In this document: positions 58,444-64,000 of the stretch, piece after piece | How positions within the stretch are numbered: the first letter of the stretch is position 1 | How the letters are laid out: every line of letters begins with the position of its first letter | Virus record (IMG/VR): IMGVR_UViG_3300037091_000060 | Coordinates: 1 to 64,000 of that record | Strand: one strand, 5' to 3' | Length of the DNA: 64,000 nt | Source: a virus | Position numbers and translations under genes: made by a program | The notes under the pieces: generated by a model | Told to the model about the DNA's origin: nothing | What the model saw: only the letters and a program-made list of their open reading frames with translations | Database searches by the model: none

Positions 58444-60763
58444 CTGGTGTCTCACCCGGATTTACTTTACGTAAACCGTTGCCCGCTGCGTCGTGCCAAT
58501 ACAGCGTCTTACCATCTGGTCCCGGTCCAAAGCCTGTTGCTTTCGGTAGATCGGATGGACGCTGTATCGCGCCCTTGGGAGCGTTAGCTGGTAGACCCGC
58601 TGACTTCGTTGGCTGTTGCTTTTGTTCCTGCGGCTGCGGGAAATCCTTAAGCAGGTAACGGTTGTCGCCTATCATCTCTTTCTTACGATTACCTAATAGG
58701 TTGCGCAAGGTTTCAGAGACACCCTTGACTTGGTCCTTGGTAAACTTCTGGTTGAAGAGTGCTTGTGCTTGAACCAATTTTGCGTCGCTGGTGCCGCTGC
58801 CGGAGCCGCCACCTTGCAAAATCTTAGCAACTTGGTCGGCAACTTCCGTGACGGTTGCATAATACGCAGCCATCTGTGAGTCACCTGTGTTGATCTTAGC
58901 CCATGCCTCTGCGTTGTTGATGGGTGGGAATTCTGTACGGTTTATTTTGTCAGACTGTGACACCAACTCACCCAAGTTACCGCTCTTGTTATCTTGTCCG
59001 GTCAAAGAATTTAGGTACTTTAGTGTGTTCTGAGTTGCTGGGTTGTTAGCAAACTTGAAGTCGGTCTGCGCCTTCGCAATATCAAAGTGCTTACCCGTTG
59101 CTGCCATCTCTTGCTTGTCAGCCTCGTTTAAGGTTGCTTGATATGACTTGGCACGCTTCGACAACTGGCTCGGGTCCATATTCCCCGTACGCAGCAGGTC
59201 AGCAGCTTGGGAAACATCGCCCGACTCGTCCGCCTTCTTAAGAGCTTCCTTAGTTGCCGCCTCGCGATCTTCCTTCCGAATCTGACGGTCTTCATCAGCC
59301 TTTGCTACCGCGAGATTCTGTGTAACAAGGTCCCCCAATTGCTTTTTCTGCGTGGCTGTGTAATCATTAGTCGGGTCATCTAGCATTGCTTTAGCTGATG
59401 CCGCTAGTCCTGTAGCCTGTTCGCCAGACGCGCCGATTGACTTCTTTTGCAGTTCGCTATACGTTGTACCGAAATCACTGCTCTTCTTTTCGAAGGCATT
59501 AACTTGCTTTTCAGTGAACGCGTCTGCCGCGAATTGCTTCAACTTCTCATGCTCTTCCTGCACGTCCGCAAGCTGGCTCTTTGCCCAATCATACGCGGGC
59601 TGATTCTTCTGCGCTTGCGCATCAGCCATCTGCTTCTGGTAATCATCGATCTGCGCGTTGCCATTCGCAATCTGTTCTTGGACCCCGCCGTACGGGTCGC
59701 CCGGTTTGTGTGAGATGGCAGCTTGGATGGTCGGGTCCGTCAAGGCTGGTCTCAGCGTTTTAATTTCATCGGCTGACAACGGCTTCTCCCTACCGTTATT
59801 CAAATGGTTGACGGCCATTCTGTCCGCCTGCATGGTCGTGTCCATCGCAACGAACTGCCCCGTGGTCAATTTCGTGCCCACAGGCATCTTGGTGCCGTAA
59901 AAATTCTCCATGTGAGCAGACATAGCTGCGTCGACCGCGTGGTCATCTGGCGCGCCGTCCTTAGTTGCTTTATCAATGATGGTGTAGCGCGGCGTGGTAA
60001 CAGGGTCTCCGTACTTGTCTTTCTGCGGTTTACCGTCTGCGTTTGAAACAGGCTCGCTGCCGATCTCGCGAACGTAGTGATTGAGCGCGAATTTCGGGTC
60101 CTTCATTTTCTTTTGTACTTCGTCAAAACTAGCCTCGACGTTGTTGTGGTTCAAATCCATGATGTCATTGAAGTGCTGGTTGCCCTTGTGAAACTCCGCA
60201 GCATCCTCCGCACTTTGTTTGAACGCGTTACGGTGCAGCGCGATGGTCTCGGCCTGAGTCTTCGCCATCAAGATATCGTCTTTCTTCGCTTGCGCGAGAC
60301 GCTGGTTGCGAGCGTTCAAGGTGTTCGCAACGCCTGATAACCATCCGCCCTTTGTGTCGCTAGCGTGGGCCGCGTCACCGAATCCGGCTGCAACTTCACC
60401 GACCGCACTCGACAACTTACCGCCGAAGGAACCGGGACGCGGCTGGTCGCCGCCCGCTGGTGCTGGTGTTGGCGCATCCGGGTCTGCCGCTGGCTTCGTT
60501 GTATCTACCGGGGCCGCATCCTTCGCAGCCTTAGCGTCCCGAATGGCTTTGGTCTGTTGACCTAAGGGTGAATTCGCCTGCACCTCTGTGATGTGCTGCA
60601 AATAGCCCGCTACGATACCGTCTAAACCCGAACCAGCGAGGATGCCGCCGCCCACAGCGGCTGGTGAGGCCGGAGGCGCGGTCCCTTGGGTATCCGCAGC
60701 TTGAGTCGGGGCCTGCTGTACGCCAGCGAGTGCGCTCGGAATCTGGTTGTCGTTTTCAGTCAT
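58436..60763 (-). CDS. Internal virion/ejection protein
   Basis: 775 aa, Ala/Gln/Asp-rich helical, no Cys, position in ejection module. Confidence 0.65.
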   Translation of the reverse strand: MTENDNQIPSALAGVQQAPTQAADTQGTAPPASPAAVGGGILAGSGLDGIVAGYLQHITEVQANSPLGQQTKAIRDAKAAKDAAPVDTTKPAADPDAPTPAPAGGDQPRPGSFGGKLSSAVGEVAAGFGDAAHASDTKGGWLSGVANTLNARNQRLAQAKKDDILMAKTQAETIALHRNAFKQSAEDAAEFHKGNQHFNDIMDLNHNNVEASFDEVQKKMKDPKFALNHYVREIGSEPVSNADGKPQKDKYGDPVTTPRYTIIDKATKDGAPDDHAVDAAMSAHMENFYGTKMPVGTKLTTGQFVAMDTTMQADRMAVNHLNNGREKPLSADEIKTLRPALTDPTIQAAISHKPGDPYGGVQEQIANGNAQIDDYQKQMADAQAQKNQPAYDWAKSQLADVQEEHEKLKQFAADAFTEKQVNAFEKKSSDFGTTYSELQKKSIGASGEQATGLAASAKAMLDDPTNDYTATQKKQLGDLVTQNLAVAKADEDRQIRKEDREAATKEALKKADESGDVSQAADLLRTGNMDPSQLSKRAKSYQATLNEADKQEMAATGKHFDIAKAQTDFKFANNPATQNTLKYLNSLTGQDNKSGNLGELVSQSDKINRTEFPPINNAEAWAKINTGDSQMAAYYATVTEVADQVAKILQGGGSGSGTSDAKLVQAQALFNQKFTKDQVKGVSETLRNLLGNRKKEMIGDNRYLLKDFPQPQEQKQQPTKSAGLPANAPKGAIQRPSDLPKATGFGPGPDGKTLYWHDAAGNGLRKVNPGETPDE

Positions 60764-60775
60764 TTTATTAGTCCT

Positions 60776-61393
60776 TTATTTATGCGCCCCGTATATGCTT
60801 GCAGCAGAACCCGCGAGCGCGGTAATGCCGCCTGCGATGTCTTGACCCATCTGGTTGTTTTCCTGCGTGATCTGAGATGCTTGACCGAAGGCGTTTTGGT
60901 TCTCGCCGATTGCACCACTCTGCGCACCGTTTGGGTTGTAGTCTTGAGCCAACGCCTGCATGCCGCCCAACGCGGTATTGTAGTTTCGGTTGCCTTGCTC
61001 TTCGTCCGCGAGAGCGATGTTGCCCTCTTGACCAGCCAAAGCGTTCGCCGCGCCGGAGCCGATCTGAGACTGAATCTGTTTCTGGATGCCAGAAGTTAGA
61101 CCGCTGGTTCCGCCGCCGCCCTGTCCCGCGCCGTACGTGCGGGCCGCCTGCTGCGCTGCGGTGTTTGCACCGCCAGCGGCGTTAATCGCCTTCGTTTCTA
61201 AGGCCGATCTCTCTGCGCCACTGAAGCCGTTCTGGCTCGGACCAGCAGCGAGAGTCGGAGACAGCGTTTTGTTGAGCACGTCCAGCACGCCTCCTTGTCC
61301 AGCGAACAGTTTGGCGTAATTCCCTTGCAGTTGATTTGCAAACGCTTGGCTCGATGCTTGGAGCGACTTTTCGTCTGATGATGGTCCGCACAT
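60776..61393 (-). CDS. Internal virion (pilot-like) protein
   Basis: MCG start, Gly/Ala/Gln-rich, C-terminal amphipathic segment. Confidence 0.65.
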   Translation of the reverse strand: MCGPSSDEKSLQASSQAFANQLQGNYAKLFAGQGGVLDVLNKTLSPTLAAGPSQNGFSGAERSALETKAINAAGGANTAAQQAARTYGAGQGGGGTSGLTSGIQKQIQSQIGSGAANALAGQEGNIALADEEQGNRNYNTALGGMQALAQDYNPNGAQSGAIGENQNAFGQASQITQENNQMGQDIAGGITALAGSAASIYGAHK

Positions 61394-61821
61394 TATTTTT
61401 GTACCTCAAAATCCAGTTGGTAATCGTCGTCTTCCACTGGTTTAAAACCTAAACGTTTACACATGAACGCCACTAAAGTCGGGCTGACTGAGTTGAATAT
61501 CATGCCCTTTTTGTCTGGTAACTCTTTGAAATACCCAATCAACGATTCCATGCACTTCAACATCCCGACAACCAGTCTGCGCTTCGAGACGACGGACTCG
61601 GGCGCGAACTGGGTGTGGATGCGAACATACCCGCCTTCCTCATCAAGTCGAACGTAGGTCAGGGGACCACGCTCGTCCATCAGACAGAAGGCGAGTAAGC
61701 TACCTTTGACACCAGTTAACCACCACTCAGGATGTCCGAGGTGGAAGTGGTAAGGGTCGTGTTGAATCCACTCACTGATTTGTTCCAAATCATCGGTGGT
61801 GGACGAGGTGAAATTAATCAT
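61393..61821 (-). CDS. GNAT-like protein of podovirus virion module
   Basis: IHTQF..F..RLGF; lies between tail and ejection genes. Confidence 0.5.
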   Translation of the reverse strand: MINFTSSTTDDLEQISEWIQHDPYHFHLGHPEWWLTGVKGSLLAFCLMDERGPLTYVRLDEEGGYVRIHTQFAPESVVSKRRLVVGMLKCMESLIGYFKELPDKKGMIFNSVSPTLVAFMCKRLGFKPVEDDDYQLDFEVQK

Positions 61822-63557
61822 TACATGGCCTCTAACTTCATATGCACTTCGTAGATCATTGTTCCCGGCACGTTCGAGGCATAGCCGACGGCCCACTGGA
61901 AGGAAGTTCCCGCCGCCACCCACACAATCATGCTGCCAGTGAGTACGGAAACCGTTGTGTTTATAGAGTTCGACGTGACCGCCGCGCCCGTCTCATCAGC
62001 CATCAACATGATATTGCTCTGAGCGACTGAATCGGTTCCGTCCGTGTATGCTATCGTGACTGGCCCCAACGTAGAAGATGTAGCGTCTACTGTCGTGACT
62101 TTCAAATAGGCCGAGATACGATACAACCTAGTCAAAGGTGGGTTAAGGAAGGTTGTCGGCGCGATTGCAGCGGACTGCGCTGTCAGGTCGACAGTGGCTT
62201 TCTCGATAGCAACTCCGGCACCAGCTAAGTCCGCAGCCGAAATCGTGCCAACTGTGAACGCACCGCCGACGGTGGTCTGCTTTACAAAGTCCCCAGTTCC
62301 GCCCGTCGCACCGAGGTTCGCCCCGGTTCCGCCAGAGAACGTCGATAGAACTCCCTGACTGTTACTAAGATTTATAGGCGCGGGAGTGCGAAATCTTGGG
62401 ATGCCAGCGACCAAAGTTGTAGTTGAAATTTCCAACACTTCAACATTCGCGAGAACCGACGCTAGACCATAAATTCCGCCGTCTTGAAGGTAGACCTGAA
62501 TTGTGAGGGTCTCCGCTCCCGCTAGCGTGTTTGGCAACAACCAAACAGTGCTTTGAGCGTTCGACAAAAACGATTGTTCGAATCCGGTGTACGAGTCCGC
62601 GATGAAAATCGGAGTAAGACCCTGAGTGTCTGATATGCTATACCCGGTTTTGGCGATGCCGTTAGGATTGGAAGCAGTTACAACCGCGCGAAAAATTAAC
62701 AGCAACGCGTGTCCGGCCCCGGTAGGAGCCAGCGTCACAGTAATCTGTGATGTACCGCCGTTACTTCCGCTAGCACTTTGATAAACCGTCGGAAGTGGTC
62801 CCGCAAAGATAGCGATGTTGGTTGCCCAGCTTGCGTTGTTTGCTGTGACAGCACCCTCGGTTGCGACGGCACCAACCCCGGCGACCATCGCCTGTTCCAT
62901 GATCGGATTAGTTGTGGTATGTCCCGGTAGCGCAGTCCAGCCTACGGGGTCCGATGCGAAAGACCCAGCAGTTATGGTGCCGACGTACAATGCCCACGAA
63001 GGAATTACAGAGGCCACGCCGCTCGTTGTTGTAACAATGGTGCCGAGAGACGTCGCACTTCCACCATTGGTCCCGAAGGACGCGTCGAAACCGCCCGCGT
63101 TTGCAGGAGGCCCGGAGAATACAGTCAGAGCGGGTTCTGCCGCCCATCCGAGAACCAACGGCCCCGGGAGAGTGACTGTCTGCGTTGGGGGAGTAAGTTC
63201 CGGTGGGACGTTCAGTGTGATTTGATCTGAGTCGCTACCACCGCCTGAACCGGACCCGCCAGAGCTAGTACCGCCGCCAGCCTTGGTAACCACGGAGGCA
63301 CTCTTCGTTGCCGCGTTCACTGACGCGATAGCCGCAGGGGCGGGCGGCATCAACGAGAAATTCGGAACACGAGGCGAACCAGTTGCGGTACTTACAAAAC
63401 TAGTATCGTGTTGCAACCCCGGGGCGATTGAGCCTGCAAAAAGTGGCGGCGAATCGTGGGGAGCAGGCGCAGTCGGACCAGCGGTAGGGTTCGGAGACTC
63501 CGCTGGCTCCCAGTTGTCCGGAACCTCTCCCTCTTTAATCAGGTTGTTGTTTGCCAT
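61821..63557 (-). CDS. Tail fibre-like protein, Ser/Thr/Gly-rich
   Basis: 578 aa; GGTGA..G..GDFVKQ fibre-type motif; beta-rich. Confidence 0.6.
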   Translation of the reverse strand: MANNNLIKEGEVPDNWEPAESPNPTAGPTAPAPHDSPPLFAGSIAPGLQHDTSFVSTATGSPRVPNFSLMPPAPAAIASVNAATKSASVVTKAGGGTSSGGSGSGGGSDSDQITLNVPPELTPPTQTVTLPGPLVLGWAAEPALTVFSGPPANAGGFDASFGTNGGSATSLGTIVTTTSGVASVIPSWALYVGTITAGSFASDPVGWTALPGHTTTNPIMEQAMVAGVGAVATEGAVTANNASWATNIAIFAGPLPTVYQSASGSNGGTSQITVTLAPTGAGHALLLIFRAVVTASNPNGIAKTGYSISDTQGLTPIFIADSYTGFEQSFLSNAQSTVWLLPNTLAGAETLTIQVYLQDGGIYGLASVLANVEVLEISTTTLVAGIPRFRTPAPINLSNSQGVLSTFSGGTGANLGATGGTGDFVKQTTVGGAFTVGTISAADLAGAGVAIEKATVDLTAQSAAIAPTTFLNPPLTRLYRISAYLKVTTVDATSSTLGPVTIAYTDGTDSVAQSNIMLMADETGAAVTSNSINTTVSVLTGSMIVWVAAGTSFQWAVGYASNVPGTMIYEVHMKLEAM

Positions 63558-64000
63558 TAGATTTCAATTACTAGTCGCCCGAATATTGTCAGGTTGAAAA
63601 GTTCATCGGGGTTAGCCGTCACGCCCATATCCACTCTTAGCTGCAAGTGTCTGCAACGCGCCAATGAACCTGTGGTATCAAAGTAGTAGCGATTCGGACT
63701 GTAACTGGTCGGTGAGATCGTGTCGCCGTACAACGACGGCGGGTCAAACTGCGGCACGCCTAGCGCACCGTTTACGAACGACGTGAAGGTGCCGTTTAAT
63801 TCGTTCAACAGATAGCTCACAGTCGGCTGATAACTGATGCCTGAGAAATCCATCTCGAAGAATCTTAGCAACGCAATCGCTCCCGGCTTCGCCAACATTA
63901 TACTGCCCATCGTAAAGTTTGCATCATACGGAGTGCCGTTGTCAGTGAAGACCGTCAAATCACGAGTGGATAGAACTGCGGGCGACGTTGGGCCACCGAT
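63557..64000 (-). CDS. C-terminus of tail tubular/DNA-stabilisation protein (partial)
   Basis: FTDNGTPY..CRHLQLRV C-terminal pattern; runs off window edge. Confidence 0.55.
   Translation of the reverse strand: MGGPTSPAVLSTRDLTVFTDNGTPYDANFTMGSIMLAKPGAIALLRFFEMDFSGISYQPTVSYLLNELNGTFTSFVNGALGVPQFDPPSLYGDTISPTSYSPNRYYFDTTGSLARCRHLQLRVDMGVTANPDELFNLTIFGRLVIEI

Noticed and set aside
52708-63597. Numerous + strand ORFs over the structural module, and - strand ORFs over the early module
   Set aside because: Antisense shadows of long GC-rich genes, without SD or motifs
1-64000. tRNA, rRNA or stop-codon reassignment
   Set aside because: No cloverleaf/T-loop signature noticed by eye; genes are dense under the standard code and TAA, TAG and TGA all act as stops

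Overview
64 kb of a tailed dsDNA bacteriophage genome. It is probably temperate and podovirus-like, with a diderm host; the host cannot be named from sequence alone. Positions 1-870 are a non-coding control region with nested inverted repeats and five GATATC-centred operator-like palindromes. Positions 871-48085 are read on the + strand: small early genes behind a family of TTGACA-N17/TGn-10 promoters, a T5-A1-like nuclease, a TET-associated-glycosyltransferase cassette, nucleotide enzymes, and replication/recombination genes (prim-pol primase, split family-A DNA polymerase, UvrD helicase, AAA ATPase, PD-(D/E)xK nuclease). These are followed by a glycan-synthesis cluster, an endolysin and a tyrosine recombinase. 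Positions 48018-64000 are read on the - strand and hold a glycosyltransferase, tail/lectin proteins, ejection proteins (one a 1915-aa multi-domain protein) and tail proteins. About eleven HNH/EndoVII/GIY-YIG endonuclease genes are interspersed. Best leads: (1) adjacent GT31-GT6-GT11 genes plus about six more glycosyltransferases and a cytidylyltransferase, the enzyme set for an ABO-blood-group-like glycan; (2) a polymerase cut cleanly in two just before motif A, whose second half needs a +1 shift at CTT-TAA to supply its catalytic Asp; (3) a TAGT cassette with an unknown 317-aa gene where a TET/JBP oxygenase would normally sit; (4) the repeat architecture of the left end. All protein calls are motif-based by eye; no database search was run.
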